The position numbers and the translations under genes were made by a program. The notes under the pieces were generated by a model, which was not told the origin of the DNA, did no database searches, and saw nothing but the letters and a program-made list of their open reading frames with translations. 64,000 bases of DNA, from the NCBI GenBank assembly GCA_024679065.1, contig JAGIQG010000013.1:35216001-35280000 (forward strand), given 5' to 3'. The first letter of the stretch is position 1; every line of letters starts with the position of its first letter. Positions 49,842 to 63,520 of the stretch are shown in pieces. The stretch comes from Sphyrna mokarran (lineage: Eukaryota).

Positions 49842-52219
49842 TCATGGACTTGGTCATGAAGAAGCAGGAGGCGTATGTTAGATCTAGGGGACAGAGACAG
49901 CGCTGGAAGAATATAGAGAGTGTAGACGGGATCTTAAAAGGGGTGTCAGAAAGGCAAAAAGGGGCCACGAAACGGCTTTGGCAATGAGATTAAGGAAAAT
50001 CCTAAGGCATTTTACTCCTATGTAAGGAGCAAAAGGATGGTTAGAGGGAAGATTGGACCTCTCAGGGACAGAGGAGGGGAACTATGCTTAGAGCCTGAGG
50101 GAATGGGGGAGAACCTGAATGAATACTTTGCGTCGGTATTCACGCAGTAGAGGGACCTGATGTCTGGTGCTGGCTTTGAGAAATTTGAGGACCCGTTAAA
50201 AGGAAATAATCATTGCGAGGGAAGAGATGTTGGGGCTTTTAGGCAGCATAAAGACTTATAAAGCTCCGGGGCCTGATGGCATTTACCCCAGGCTGCTAAG
50301 GGAGGTGAGAGATGACCTTGCTGGGCCTCTGACGCAAATCTTTGTCTCTTCTTTGGACACAGGTGAGGTCCCAGAGGACTGGAGGATTGCAAATGTAGTA
50401 CCGTTGTTTAAAAAGGGTCAGAGGGATAACCCAGGGAACTATAGGCCGGTGAGCTTGACTTCAGTTATAGGTAAGCTAATGGAGAGGATCCTCAGGGACA
50501 GGATGTATGAGCATCTGGAGCGCTGCAATCTGATCAGGGATACGCAGCATGGCTTCGTTACGGGGAGGTCGCGCCTTACGAATCTAGTGGAATTTTTTGA
50601 AGAGGTGACAAAAATGGTTGATGAAGGACAAGCCGTTGATGTCGTCTACATGGATTTCAGTAAGGCGTTTGACAAGGTTCCTCATGGTAGGCTGATAGAA
50701 AGGTTTAAGGCGCATGGGATACAGGGCCAGGTATGTAGATTGGTTGAAAACTGGCTTGGGAGGAAGAGACAGCGGGTAGTAGTGGAAGGCTCTTTTTCCA
50801 ACTGGAAGTCTGTCACTAGTGGTGTGCCACAGGGCTCAGTACTAGGACTTCTTCTATTTGTGGTTTATATAAATGACTTGGAAGAGGGGGTCGGTGGTGT
50901 GATCAGCAAATTTGCTGATGACACTAAGATGCTTGGATTGGCGGGTACTGAGGAGCAGTGCCAGGCAATACAACAGGACATAGATAGGCTGGTAGATTGG
51001 CAGATAGATGGCAAATGGAATTTAATCCGGATAAATGCGAGGTGATGCATTTTGGCCGGAATAATGTAGAGGGGAGTTATAGGATAAAAGGTAAAACTAT
51101 CCGGAGTATAGAGACGCAGAGAGACGTGGGGGTGCAGGTTCACAAGTCTCTGAAGGTGTCAGTACAGGTGGAGAATGTGATAAAGAAAGCATATGGTATG
51201 TTAGCCTTCATAGGAAGGGGTATAGAATACAAGAGTAGGAGTCTGATGTTGCAGGTGTATAGAACGTTGGTTAGGCCTCATCTGGAGTACTGCGTCTAGT
51301 TCTGGTCGCCGTACTACAGGAAGGATGTAGAGGCCCTGGAGAGAGTGCAGAGGAGATTTACCAGGATGCTGCCTGGTATGGAAGGGCTGTCTTACGAGGA
51401 AAGATTGAACACACTGGGGTTGGTTTCCCTTGAAAGACGTCGGCTGAGAGGGGATCTATTAGAGGTATATAAGATTATGAGGGGTATAGATAGAGTAAAT
51501 GGTGGTAAGCTTTTTCCACCATTAGAAAAGGATAGAACGAGGGGTCACGGCCTTAGGGTGAGGGGGGCTATGTATAAGACGAATATTAGAGGGCAGTTTT
51601 TCACACAAAGGGTAATGGGGGTGTGGAATGCACTGCCGAGTAAGGTGGTGGGAGCAGGCACGCTAGGGTTGTTTAAGGGTCTCTTGAACAGCCACATGAG
51701 CGGTCTGCAGATAGAGGGATATAGCAGGACTGTCTAAATATCTTATTTGTTTCCACAGGCAATTCGGTTCACCTTGTTGACCAACAAGGTGCATGCATTC
51801 GGCAGGTCGTGCGAGGGCTGCTCTTGGATGTTGCTTCAGGAGTGGCCTAGTGCTTCATGTCGTTAGTGTATGCTTAAACTGGACCATCTGATGGGCAACA
51901 TGACAGCTCAGGGACTATCGCTGTTGCTGTGCAGACACATGGATTTGGGCCTGTGTCTGCGGGAGTTTGCGCGTTCTTCCCGTGGTTGCGTGGGTTTTCT
52001 CCGGGTGCTCCGGTTTCCTCCCACATCCCAAAAATGTGCTCTTAGGCTGATTGGGTAACAAATTGTCCCTATATTGGTCCCTATATGGGAATCTTCCACA
52101 ATAGGCATAGCCTAAAGTCATGGATATGTCATTAAAACGTTAGGACGCGGCGCGGGCTCGTTGGGCCGAAGGGCCTGTTTCCCGTGCTGTGTTGATCTTT
52201 GTTCTTTGTTCTCTGTTCT
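49842..52219 (+). mobile_element. 5'-truncated CR1 LINE, same subfamily as 5183-6629, with a few frameshifts/stops
   Basis: ORF pieces 50227-51045, 50997-51299 and 51345-51737; same long 3' UTR; tail (ttctttg)n-like. Confidence 0.97.
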
Positions 52220-52479
52220 TGGAGATGACCATTGCCTGGCACTTCTGTGATGTGACTGCCACTTATCAACGTATGGACATGAATGATTCAGTGTCAGAAG
52301 AGTCTTGAACATTGTGCAGTCATTTACAGAATTTTGACCACACGATGGAAGGAAGGTCGTTGATGAAGCAGCTAAAAATGCTGAAAAGGCTCAGGACACT
52401 ACCCTGAGGAAATCCTGCATCAGTGTTCCAAGACTGAGAGGACTGACCTCCAATAACCACAACCATCTTCCTTTGAATA

Positions 52480-52809
52480 GTAGAATCATACAATCCCCAC
52501 TGTACAGAAGCAGGCAATTCGGCCCATTGAGTCCGCACCGATCACAATCCCACCCAGGATCTTTTCCCATAACCTCACACATTTACCTTGCTAATCCCCT
52601 GACACTAGATTCAATTTAGTATGGACAATCATCTTAACGCGCAGAACTTTGGAGTGTGGGAGAAAGCCAGAGCACCCGGAGGAAACCCACATAGACATGG
52701 GGAGAATTGCAAACTCCGCACAGTGACCCAAGCTGGGAGTTGAATCCAGTGCTGTGAGGTAGCAGTTTAGCACTGTGCTACCTCAAACCACTGTGCCACT
52801 GTGCCACCC
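52480..52809 (-). mobile_element. HE1-like V-SINE
   Basis: Head, V-domain and tail on the minus strand. Confidence 0.85.
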
Positions 52810-53554
52810 TTTGCTCTAGGTATGATTCCAATAAATGGAGAGTCCGTCCCTCCCCCCTCCACCGATTTCCATTGACCTCAGTTTTGTTCGAGCTCCTTGA
52901 TGTTACACTTGGCCAAATTCTGCCTTGATGTCAAGGCAGTCACTCTCATCTCACCTCTGGTGTTCAGCTCTTCTGTCCATATTTGGATCAAGGCTATAAT
53001 GAGGTCGGGATCTGAGTGGTCCTAGTGGATCCAAAACTGAGCAGGTTGTTGCTAAGTAAGTGCCACTTGGTAGCATGGCCCGTGATACCATCCATTACTT
53101 TGCTGTTGATTGAGAGTAAACTGATGAGTGGTAACTGGCTGAGTTAGATTGTCCTTTTTTAATCAACAAGACGTAGCTGGGCAATTCTCCATAGTGATGG
53201 GTAGGTGCCAGTGCACTGGAGCAGCTTGGCTGGAAGTGCAGCTAGTTTTGGAGCTCGTTCTTAAATACTATTGCCAGAATGTTGTCATGGCCCAAGTGGC
53301 TAATCTATACTGAATTAAAGATATAGGACTTCAAATGTGCCTTGCCCTGTTTCAGAGATGGAGATATGACGGGCAGGACTTTGAATTGCTGGTACAACAG
53401 GAGGTTGATTTTGTCTGTGTCCTGAGGTTAGCTTATTTAAATAACTGTGTTGGACTGGATCATTGAAAATGCTGACCATCAACAGGAGTGCAGTGAAGTG
53501 CGGGTAGGTGCAGGGATGCTGAAGGAAGATCACAAGCAGACTCGGAGTAGGAAT

Positions 53555-53900
53555 TATTTTTATTCATTCATGGGACATGGTCATTTCTGGCTGGCCAGCA
53601 TTTATTATCCATTTATTGCCCAAAGTCAGTTGAGAGTTAACCATATTGCTGGGGCTCTGGAGTCACACGTAGACCAGAACAGATAAGGATGGAAGATTTC
53701 CTTCCCAAAACATTCGTGAACAGATATGTTTTTCTGACAATGAACAGTGGTTTTATTGTCATCATTAGGTTCTTAATTCCAGTTTTTTTTAAATGGAATT
53801 CAAATTCCACCACCTGCTACAGTGAAATTTGAACTGAGGTCATCAGAACATTTGCTGAGTTTCTGGATTAATAGTCTAGCAATAATACCACCAGGCCATT
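53555..53900 (-). mobile_element. tRNA-SINE 'family B'
   Basis: Reverse complement of the 40483/54910 family. Confidence 0.8.
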
Positions 53901-53939
53901 ACCTTTAAACCCCTCTGCATATGGTTCATAAAGGGGAGA

Positions 53940-56215
53940 GGAAGATGGCTCCTTACAAAAGAATATGAGAGTTTCAAACATTGTAGACTACACTGTGGAA
54001 GTGGTGATTACTGAAAGGAGGGTTGGGGTCTTGCCATGTCATGTGAAAGAAGCTGGAAAGGCAAATAACAGCACCTTCATAATAACAAGAACCATCACCC
54101 CTCCAACCCGAATACATAGGAAGAAATTTAACAACCTCACTGTGACAGCAAGGGAATGTGACCTGCCAATTAAATACATTGCCAACTTGCTGATGCCCTC
54201 AGAGAAGATACAACACTGTCTGTGCTCAAAGTTGAGATTCAGCATTGTTGGGATTACAAAGAATACATATTGTTCCCTCTATGAGTCAGCTTGTCTGTCA
54301 TAGACCCTTCTGTTTAACATTCCCTCACATCTTGCAATACATGCTCGCCCTTTGAAGCTCATCTCCAATGTTACATCCTTCTATTTCACTACATACTGAC
54401 AGTCAAATGTGATAAACATCAAAGAATGTTGCTGCTATTTAACATTCATGAATTCTTCTTCCATTAGAGGTTGGCACAGAGAGTTGTCAGAGAGCAGCAG
54501 GTCACAGGTGGAAGCTGTTTGTGAGCCAAGCAAGTGACCCAGTTAGAGGAAAATGCTAAGCCCATCCAAAGAGTAAACTCCTTGGGAGCTGGAAAACCTG
54601 AAGGCTTTGAGGCATAATATCAATTTGTGATGCAGAATTCTTCTAATGGAGACTGTAGTTATGGAAACAGAGACATGCATCACAGAACTATGACTAAATG
54701 ATGATAAAGATAGCAATGAGTGGCAGCAGAAAACTGATAAAGAAAGCTTTCCTTTTTGTTTTTTCCAAATTATAAAGCCAAGAGCTAAGAAATGAGGCAG
54801 TAGAAAAAGGAATTTTAGGCCCTTCCAGAGCTGACAGTGGCCTTAGAATTTCACCCATCCCATTACTTACACCCTCACTTGTCCAGATGAAGTGACTGGC
54901 GATTAACAATGTAATATTGATGGTGAAATGTTCCCACCACAACCAATGGTGAAATACGAATTCAATAAAATTTTTGAATTAAAAGTCTTATCATGATCAT
55001 GAAACCATTGCCAAATATGGTAAAAACTCATCTGGTTTATTAATCTCCTTTAGGGAAGGAAATCTGTTGTCGTTAATTGGTCTGGCCTACACGTGACTCC
55101 AGAGTCATAGCAATGTAGTTGACTTTTAAATGCTCTCAGGGATGGGTAATAAATGCTGGCCGAGGCAGCAATTCCCACGTCCCATGAATGAATAAATAAG
55201 AAAAGGTAAGTCAGAGAGCACAAAGAATTCAGAAGTTTAAAATTTTGACAGTAGGGCCTGATATTACAGAATGGAGTTCAAAGTATTGTTGCTGCTAAGC
55301 AAGTGGCTGATAATCTCAAGATTTTGACAGCTTCACAGACATTTAGCTATTGACTGTCCTACAACCACCCACTAAACCTTCTCCCACCATACCCCTCCCC
55401 CGACTGTCCCAAGAATTCTTCACAAGTGAAATGCTCCAAGCAGAGCCAGCCTTTGGCTGAGCTGATGTTCAATACACAGCCCACTGCAATCTACTGTAGA
55501 CCTCAGCATTCATTGCTACCTTCATCCCACGAGGTTCTCAATTTTCCTGAGGTGCCTGTCACACCCAGAGTCTTGGTTCCTCAGATTGCACTTAAATAGA
55601 ATGTTTGATACAGGTCTTCAAAAAAAATGGGAAATTCACCAGAATACAGTGAAGCATCATTATAAAACACACAGTAAATGGCTTTTTTTGTTTGGGTAAT
55701 GATTCATGCTGTTTTCTGTCTTAAGGAAATAGTAAATATGATGTTATACTTTGTACTTACTAATATAGTGACTTTGAGCACTTTACTAATTCCTATTCTT
55801 GAAGAGTTTTGAATGGAATTCACATAAAGGTTTGTTATGCGGCACAAAGGTTCTCTTTGTAAGTATGTGTTGACAAGCAGTGCTTTTATGCTTCAGTGAA
55901 TGAGTCCTGAATAAAGCAGTCACATTTCTCCAGTTGTGTTGGATCATCTGCTTTTGCTTAGCCTGAAATTCATTCTCCAAAGTCAGCAGCCTTCTGCGGC
56001 ACGAAAAATTTGATGTCCTTTTGGATTGCAGAATGTTGCAAGATGCAACAGGCTATCAAAATCAGTGATATCACATGTGAAGCATACTTGAGAGACCCCT
56101 GTGAGTTATCCAGAGAACCCTTCCGTACTCCTGTACTCACGTGAGTTTCACTATGTTTCTCCTCGGTTGCATTGTATCTCTTCAGGAGAGGCATCAAGAA
56201 CATGGAAAGCCATGG
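53940..56215. mobile_element. Very old Harbinger relic (Myb on +, transposase C-terminal part on -)
   Basis: Plus strand RKKFNNLTVTAR (~54118-54153) and REQQVTGG (~54488-54512). Minus strand LMPLL...SQGSLKYASHVISLILIACCILQHSAI (55970-56203) resembles the HARBI-type GGxLQYSP..V..II.ACC.LHN. Confidence 0.62.
54910..55200 (+). mobile_element. tRNA-SINE 'family B'
   Basis: Body plus tail gatgggtaataaatgctggcc...cccacgtcccatgaatgaataaa. Confidence 0.8.
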
Positions 56216-57331
56216 GCAGAATTTGTTTTCAAGAAATCATCCAAAAAAATACTGCCTTCCCAGAATAAATTAGAGCTGTTGTTTTACTCAAAGCAAAATC
56301 TGAAGTCATCGTAATAAATAGAGTATAACAGGATGAGAAGGAAGTGAAGCAGTTGCACATATGAAGGCATTTGAAATGACAGATATTTAGGGGCACTAAA
56401 TCAAATGATCCAACTTTAGATTCCATCTAATGTTCATTACCTCTATTTATTTGTTTCTTCCCCCCCGCCCTCCCCATTAATATTACAAAACCTTGTTTTT
56501 AATATAACACTGTTGCATGATTAAAATAGAACAAATTATTTGATACTGCAAATTAATGATCAGTAACTCTTCAATACATATTCTGTGTACAATATGAACA
56601 CCTTGTCCAGAAATAGCACTCCAGGATGCATTGACAACTGCCTCACAAATTAGACTGTATAAATAATTGAGAGCATACTCAATTGCTAATGTTAATCCTG
56701 ATGCTGAACTACAGTGAAAACACTACAGTTGGGAATGAAGTGAGCTATGCACAGCTGCAATTCTGAATTTCTTTCTCCAAGAAATCACTGTTACAGAGAG
56801 TCACGCACATCCGGCAGTGATCTTGGGTGACATCCCATTAACTTCAAGCACAGCTGAGTAATTTGCTAAAGAAAAATATAAATGAACCAAGTGTCCAAAT
56901 CAAGCCTGCTTTCCAAATTTCAAAGCTGCATGGTTGACTGAACAGGGTTTAAAGAGCTGTGAGACATTTCCCTGTAACAGGCCATTATGCTTGGATTTCC
57001 TGATTGGATCTGTGCCCAACTAGAAGGAACGCGGGTTGATAGTCCATCTGACCAAGGTGACGAGTGCCAACATTGATATCATTCCCAAAGTTAGCCTTAG
57101 AAATGGTCAGCGTCAGATAAACCTTTTTCTGTAATTCCATCCAGTTCAGGGCAGGCAAAAGCAAACCTCTAGGATTTAGGGGTTTACTGTAACTTAAAGG
57201 GATAGGGACCATCATTACGTCAGCTGTTCAGCTAAATATACGATCTTATAGGAAGGTGGCCAGATTTTCAGGAGGGTAAAGAACCTTGTTGTCCTTTGTT
57301 GGGTGTAATGAAAATATTATTATATGATGAT

Positions 57332-57333
<2 letters not shown>

Positions 57334-57402
<69 letters not shown>
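57334..57402. repeat. Perfect (TG)n microsatellite, ~34 units
   Basis: Read directly. Confidence 0.98.
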
Positions 57403-57406
<4 letters not shown>

Positions 57407-59069
57407 AACTAAACTAAGCTGTGGATTTGACACCATCAATGAGGCAAAGTATGAAAAGCAGACCTTTGAAATGAAAAGAACCAAGGTGGTTGCCCTACAA
57501 GTAAACACAACATGGGTAGAAATTTGCCTTAGGAGACAAGTGAGAGTTTGAATTTTTAGCAGTTAAGTTTCAAAAAGAAGAAGGAGGAGCTTACAACATA
57601 AGGAACGGTCATAAGTAAAATTGGGGAAGGTTATTAAGTTTTAAAATTTACCCAAGAGTGGAGGCAGTAGAGAATGTGAAAGGTTTTTAAATTTTGAAGA
57701 CAGTTAAATTTAGAGAGATGTTGTGAGCAATGGTTTTAAAGATGAAAAACATTTAAACACATGTCAGAGCTCTGTTGAGGAAAATGGCTATGTAAATGCT
57801 GGACGGTGTTCTGCACTGGGTCAGAACTGTGAAATGAAGCAATCTTCAGCCAGTCACAAGAGTGCATGTTATCTCCAGAAAGCAGAGTTTTGTTGTAAAG
57901 CTTTCAGAATTCTCCATAGAGTAGGAGTGAACGTGAGAGAAAGAAGCTCTGTAATATATCTTCCCTTTGGCAATACTGGATGCATTTTGGTAATACAACT
58001 GTAATTTGTATAGATTAAATATCCATAGGGATTGTTGCCTAAAAGGGTGTTTACTTGTGAGTCTAACCAAGAAAAAGTCTTTTTGGATATAGATTTTGCG
58101 AGGTTAATGTTAACTGTGTAAATGTAATCAAGAATTTAAAGAGTCCTTTCTTTTGTTAATAAATGTTTTCATTTACTATTTAAAACCTCCAAAAGTGAAT
58201 TGGAATTTGTGATCCCTGATTTCAGCACACATATCCTCTCGTAGTAAAATATAATTTGAAAATTATCATGGCAACATGTCCAAGTTTCTTTTTGGAGCTT
58301 GGTTAGAATGGCATATAAAATGGGAAAATAGAAATACTGTTATATAAAATAAGACATAGGTAGGTAATAATACTTTGATGTTGAATGCTGCAAGTTCCCA
58401 GGAAAGCTTCGCTCAAGAAATGGTTGAAGATTGGAAGAGCAATGAATATCAATTCTATAACATGCTCGTCAATCAGTCTTTTCTGAGGTTGATGGCTTTA
58501 GTCCATTGATCAAATAAAAGGAGGCTCTAACATCTTCCAAGAATGTATTGTAATGTGCATGACCATCACTCATAATGATTTCTCCACCTCACTCTAATAA
58601 GCATTTTCATAACCTATAAATGTTCACGAGGTGAAGCAGTACATGACAGTCCCAACCATAACTGACAATTTCTCTTTAACTCAAATCATATGCACTCTGC
58701 AAAACCTGAATGGTATGCTATTGCTTGTATGCACCCATCTTCAAATTACAAGACCTATGTTGCACTGCATATTATAATAATATTGGAGAATTTGAACCTT
58801 TTCCACTCTTCTTAAAATGCAGTCTACACATAATGTTACAGTGAGCTGCAACAGATGGCAACCCTGCACTATCATATTTGATATGCTAAAAGTGCAGCAA
58901 TTCATTACAAGGGAGCCCATACTAGGTTTCAGAGACTGGGAATTAAAAGGGGATGTGGCAGCTGTGGGTTCAGAATAAAAACCTGCTTCTTTTCATTCTC
59001 ATCCTATTGTGGCCCATTTTAACTGTCAGCAAACCACATCATGAAAGTCTCAGACAATTCCTACTATTA

Positions 59070-59215
59070 TACATCAAATGGCATTTGGATAAGATTGGTA
59101 TAGAGGGATATGGGCCAAAGGTGGGCAATTATGACTAGCTTAGCGGTAAAAACTGGGCGGCATGGACAAGTTTAGCCGAAGGACCTGTTTCCATGCTGTA
59201 AACCCCTATGACTAT
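59070..59215 (+). mobile_element. CR1 3' UTR fragment
   Basis: ggcatttggataag...gagggatatgggcc...gccgaaggacctgtttccatgctgtaaac. Confidence 0.75.
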
Positions 59216-60290
59216 GTGAACTTTATTCACAACAAAACCACGTGGGCCTCATTGTTTTTTTTATTTCTTAATGTTGCTGAGAATGAGCAAGTTCCAACAC
59301 ATCTAGCTTTGGCAGCACTTCTGAGCACTAACCATCTAAACGTAGTGAAGGTTTACATCAAGAGAGCTAAAGAACTCCTGAGGGAGTGTAGAGGTATGCA
59401 GAACAAATGCAACTGAGCAGGAGACACTACTGATGAAACTAGAAAGACAACATTGACAGAAGGAAGGTCAGGTAGTAGTGTGTCTTGAGTGAAGAGATTT
59501 TGTGAGTCTAGCTGTTAAAAACACATTGTGCAAGTGGGTGGCTTTTGAATCAGCTGCAGTCAGGTTTTTTATTTCTAAAGTTTCAAACATTAATGCTGAC
59601 AGTCATAGTAAAGTCAGACGGGAACTGCAAGTGGAGTCCTCCCAACAGTACATACAAAACCACTCTGAAACTTTGCATGTACTGTTAGACCACATGGCTT
59701 TCGAAGGAGTAGTAACTCAGAGGAGCGCCAAGCCTTTCTACTCTAACAAAATGCAACTATCAGCAAAGGTCTGGCCCGTCTGGCACAGCTATTGACTGAA
59801 CAAACGCACAAAGCGCCAAGAGATCTATTTGCGTATTCTAAATGTAAACCAAAAGTCATCAGCCGAGACCCTCTATGCCTTTCAAGCTGCGGTCATTGGT
59901 TGACATGTTGGACAGTTAGAAATGGACATTTCCGTCCAGATCAGATTCAGTTTTAGGGCAGGAATTTGACTAACCATTCAGACAGCTCACTTCAAAATCC
60001 TCCTTGGTTTTGTGGCATTTTCATTCTGCAGTGGACAGGGACAGGATGAAATCAGTCCCACTGACCCTGGAACTAGATGCTGAGAGGATATAGAGGCAGG
60101 CAGATACAGAGGTGGGCTGGTTAGAAGGCCTGCCTCACTTCTCTGGGATTTGATCCCAGTTATTTTAGAAGTTTGTAGGCCCTCATACCCTCATCCAGTC
60201 CGCATGGATCTTCATACCTTTCATGCTAACTCAATACCAACTCACCCAATATTCACTATGTACAGTCCTCAGGAGCCTTGTGGAGACAAT

Positions 60291-60686
60291 GATATGGAGA
60301 TGCTGGCATTGTATTGGGATAGGCACAGTAAGTAGAATCGTAGAAACTGATAGCTAAGTTCTGCAGACATGAGGACGGCCTCAACCGGGATCTTGTCACA
60401 CTATCCGTAATCCCCACAACTGGCCTGGGCTGGCAAAATCTCACTAACTGTCCTGGCTTGAGACTATGCATTCCTCTTTAATTTATGCTTAACCCTCTTT
60501 CCACTTGCATTGTCTGCACCTGTAAAGACTTGATTAGAATTAAAACTCGCATTCCAACCGTTATCTTGTAATTGAGTTTGTGTTTGTATATGCACTGTTT
60601 GTGAAACAAATACTGCACTGACCCAATAAAGGAGCGGTGCTCCAAAAGCATGTGCTATCAAATAAACCTGTTGGACTTTAACCTGG
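60291..60686 (+). mobile_element. Penelope-like element 3' end with inverted 5' tail
   Basis: Encodes KLIAKFCRHEDGLNRDL (GIY-YIG C-terminal GLN motif), followed by the same terminal repeat as 15454-15569 and 30846-31052, with a decayed hammerhead ~60620-60655. Confidence 0.85.
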
Positions 60687-61299
60687 TATGGAGATTAAAA
60701 AAGTAAACTTCTAAAAATCTAATATTGCTCCCACTATGCAGACTTGGCTCCAATTCATGAAGTCTTGAAATCTCAAGTGGTTAATCTCTCATAAAAACAA
60801 ACTTCAGTTCAAAAGTCTTAGATGTTCTTTTAAGCTGTCAATTGAATTGAATTCAGTACATCCTGCTGAGATAATTTCAGATTTTGTCATTTGATAAGAT
60901 CATGGCTGATCTGATTTTGGCCTCAAACTTGCTTTCCTGTCTGCTCATTACAATCTTTGTCTCCCTTATTAGTCAATGATCTATTTAACTCAACCTTAAA
61001 AATATACAGTGATCTTGACTCCATTGTCTTCTGTGGAATTCCACCAGAATCTCGGAATAAAATGTTCTCTTCATCTCCATCTTAAAACGGGAGACCTGTT
61101 ACTTTTACATCGTGGCCACAACTTCCTGGCTATTCACACTGGCAGGATCTTCCAGTCCCACCATCGGTGCACCCCCGCTGTAGATTTCCCGACACTGAAG
61201 GGTGCATTCAACAGGAAACCCCGTTTACTGGTGAACCTATCAACTGCCAATACACTGAGAAGCTAGCTTCTCATTGGACAAAGAATAACCAGTGACTCA

Positions 61300-61600
61300 G
61301 TATTAGCACTATTGCCTCAAATTGCCAGGGACCCAGGTTCAATTCCTGGCTTGGGTCACTGTCTGTGTGAAGTTTGCACATTCTCCCCGTCTCTGTATGG
61401 GTTTCTTCCAGATGCTCTGATTTCCTTTCACAGTCCAAAGATGTGCAGATTAGGCAGATTGGCTATGTTGAATTGTCCATTAAGTGTCAGGCAGATTAGC
61501 AGAGTAAGTACGTGGGTTTACAATAGGGTCTGGATGGGATTGTGGTCAGTGCAGAGTCGACGAGCTGTGTGTCTTCTTTCAGCAGTATAGGGATTCTATG
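61300..61600 (+). mobile_element. HE1-like V-SINE
   Basis: Head, V-domain and tail ...gggattctatg; followed by a (GA)n/(TG)n run at 61601-61677. Confidence 0.85.
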
Positions 61601-61677
61601 AAAGAGAGAGAGAGAGAGAAAGAGAGAGAATGTGTGTGAAAGAGCGTATGTGTGTGTGAGAGAGAGAGAGAGAGAGT

Positions 61678-62291
61678 GGCCGTGATTCTCCCAAAAATAT
61701 TCTAAGAGCTGAATTTGCATAAAAACTGGAGCAACTCCTGCTTTTTTTTTAAGCTAGATTTTCAAAATGAATCTCCCACAGTCTGCGCACTGCAGAGTGT
61801 CTCAGGGAGATTGATGTTGAATATCAGTGGGAAGGGCTTATTCTCACTGGAGAGGGCAGCAGCATACTGCTGACAGGCCACTGCACATACACCAATTTGT
61901 CAGTGCTGAGATCAGCACATGTGCAGTAGCCCCACAATGCTGGCTTCCTGGTCATTGACCAGCACAACAGCCCTCCATCACGGTCCATGCAACCCCCACA
62001 CTCAGCCCCCCGCCATTCCCCGCTTGCTGGATTCCCAGACCTGCCAGGCTAGCTTGATCTCTCCCCCCCGCAACCCACATTCCCTCCCTCCAACACTCCA
62101 CCGATGCCCAGTATCGACCAGTTCCTGCCCACCCTATTGCCACCTATCCCAAGTGCAGAATGACATTGGGCCTCCCCACGCAGGCTGGCATTGCCCAGGA
62201 GGCACCATCCCCTTACTCCTGACCTCCTGAGGGGATGGGTGTCTCCTTAGCCTGGAGAACGGGAAGCTGTATAAATCCCATTGGAGTGGCA
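61678..62291. mobile_element. Partial MITE of the 35657 family (opposite orientation)
   Basis: Begins ggccgtgattctcccaaaaatattctaag, the reverse complement of the 29973 end; truncated by the CR1 at 62292. Confidence 0.75.
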
Positions 62292-62715
62292 TGCCTTATG
62301 AAGATAGGTTGAGGGAGCTGGGACTCTTCTCCCTGGAGAGACATAGGTTGAGAGGCGACCTGATAGAGGTTTATAAAATGTTGAGAGGAATAGATAGGGT
62401 GGATTCTCAGAGGCTATTTCCCTGAGCTGAAATGGTCACTACGAGAGGACACAGATTTAAGGTGCAGGGAAGCAAATACAGAGGGGATGTTAGGGGTAAG
62501 TTTTTCACTCAGAGGGTGGTGAGTGAATGGAATCGGCTGCCGTCAGAGGTGATAGAGGCAAACTCGCTGGAGTCTTTTAAAAGACTTCTAGGTGAGTATA
62601 TGGGAACTAATGGGGTAAGGGGTTATAGATAGGTCTGTGGATTGGTAGGTATAGATGTGATCGGCGCAACTCGTGGGCCGAAGGGTCTGTTTGTGCTGTA
62701 GTGTTCTATGTTCTA
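62292..62715 (+). mobile_element. CR1 3' fragment
   Basis: MVTTRGHRFKVQGSKYRGDVRGKFFTQRVV; nearly identical to the 3' end of 32005-33119. Confidence 0.95.
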
Positions 62716-63500
62716 CGAACCACTTCTGGTGGGAGTGTGGAAGGCTAAGAGACTTGGAGACTTTAGTCCCAGTTCTGCTGCTTGAGCAGCACAGCGGGCT
62801 GGGAGAATCAAGCATAGTGAGTGTGTCTGAGAGATTGTGTGTGAGAGTAAATTTGTGTGTGACTAATATGAGAATCCAGCTCTCTAGCAGCACTCCTAAT
62901 ATTGAAAAAATGTGTGAACAAAAGCAACAGCATCACTCCTCCCAATGAAAATGACTTAAGCACTTTGTTGAATAAGGGAACTTTTCAATTATAATAAATG
63001 GACATAAATAAGAAATAGAAAATACTTTGATGTATAAAATTGTCTTTTTTGTATGTTGATACCAATCACACAAAAACAACCCTTTTTTGTGGTTTAACTC
63101 TTCAACACAATTAGAATGTTTCTCATGAGTTCTGACAGTACACTTGAGAGGTCAAAAGTGTTGTGTGGTTGGAAAGGTTTGTGAAACCCTGTCAAAAAAA
63201 GTTCATTCTGTGATATGCCCTTGGTTTGAAGTGCAGTCATTGCTTTTATGTCGATAAAAGGAGGAAGTCAACTTACTCATAGCAAAATTGCAAAGAATGG
63301 GAGATGAATGACTGGTTAACTTGTTTCCATGGCATCTGTTCAAGACGGAATGTTAGTCAGGCCACTCAATTTTTTTTTCAAATCACGCGATTGGATTTCT
63401 TAAAATGCCTATTAGAACAGGTGGAACATGCCTGGTTTAAACTTTGTGCCTTAATTTAAACTCTCATACAAAAGAAAACAGCGGTCATTTGAACGCAACT

Positions 63501-63520
63501 CACGTGGTCAGGTTGACCAC
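63501..63520. promoter_or_regulatory. Perfect estrogen-response-element palindrome overlapping an E-box (candidate only)
   Basis: CACGTG GTCA ggt TGACCAC: GGTCAnnnTGACC at 63506-63518, E-box at 63501-63506. Confidence 0.3.

Larger units (their letters stand above)
48435..53300 (-). mobile_element. Old CR1-group LINE hosting nested insertions
   Basis: Minus strand KMVVVIGGQSSQSWNTDAGFPQGSVLS...FSCFINDLPSI (52320-52480); 3' end near 48435; host sequence continues across the inserts (tcttgttg|gagatg). Confidence 0.75.

Noticed and set aside
55970-56203. Domesticated HARBI1-like host gene
   Set aside because: Only a short fragment with internal deletions and no catalytic N-terminal part; treated as a TE relic.
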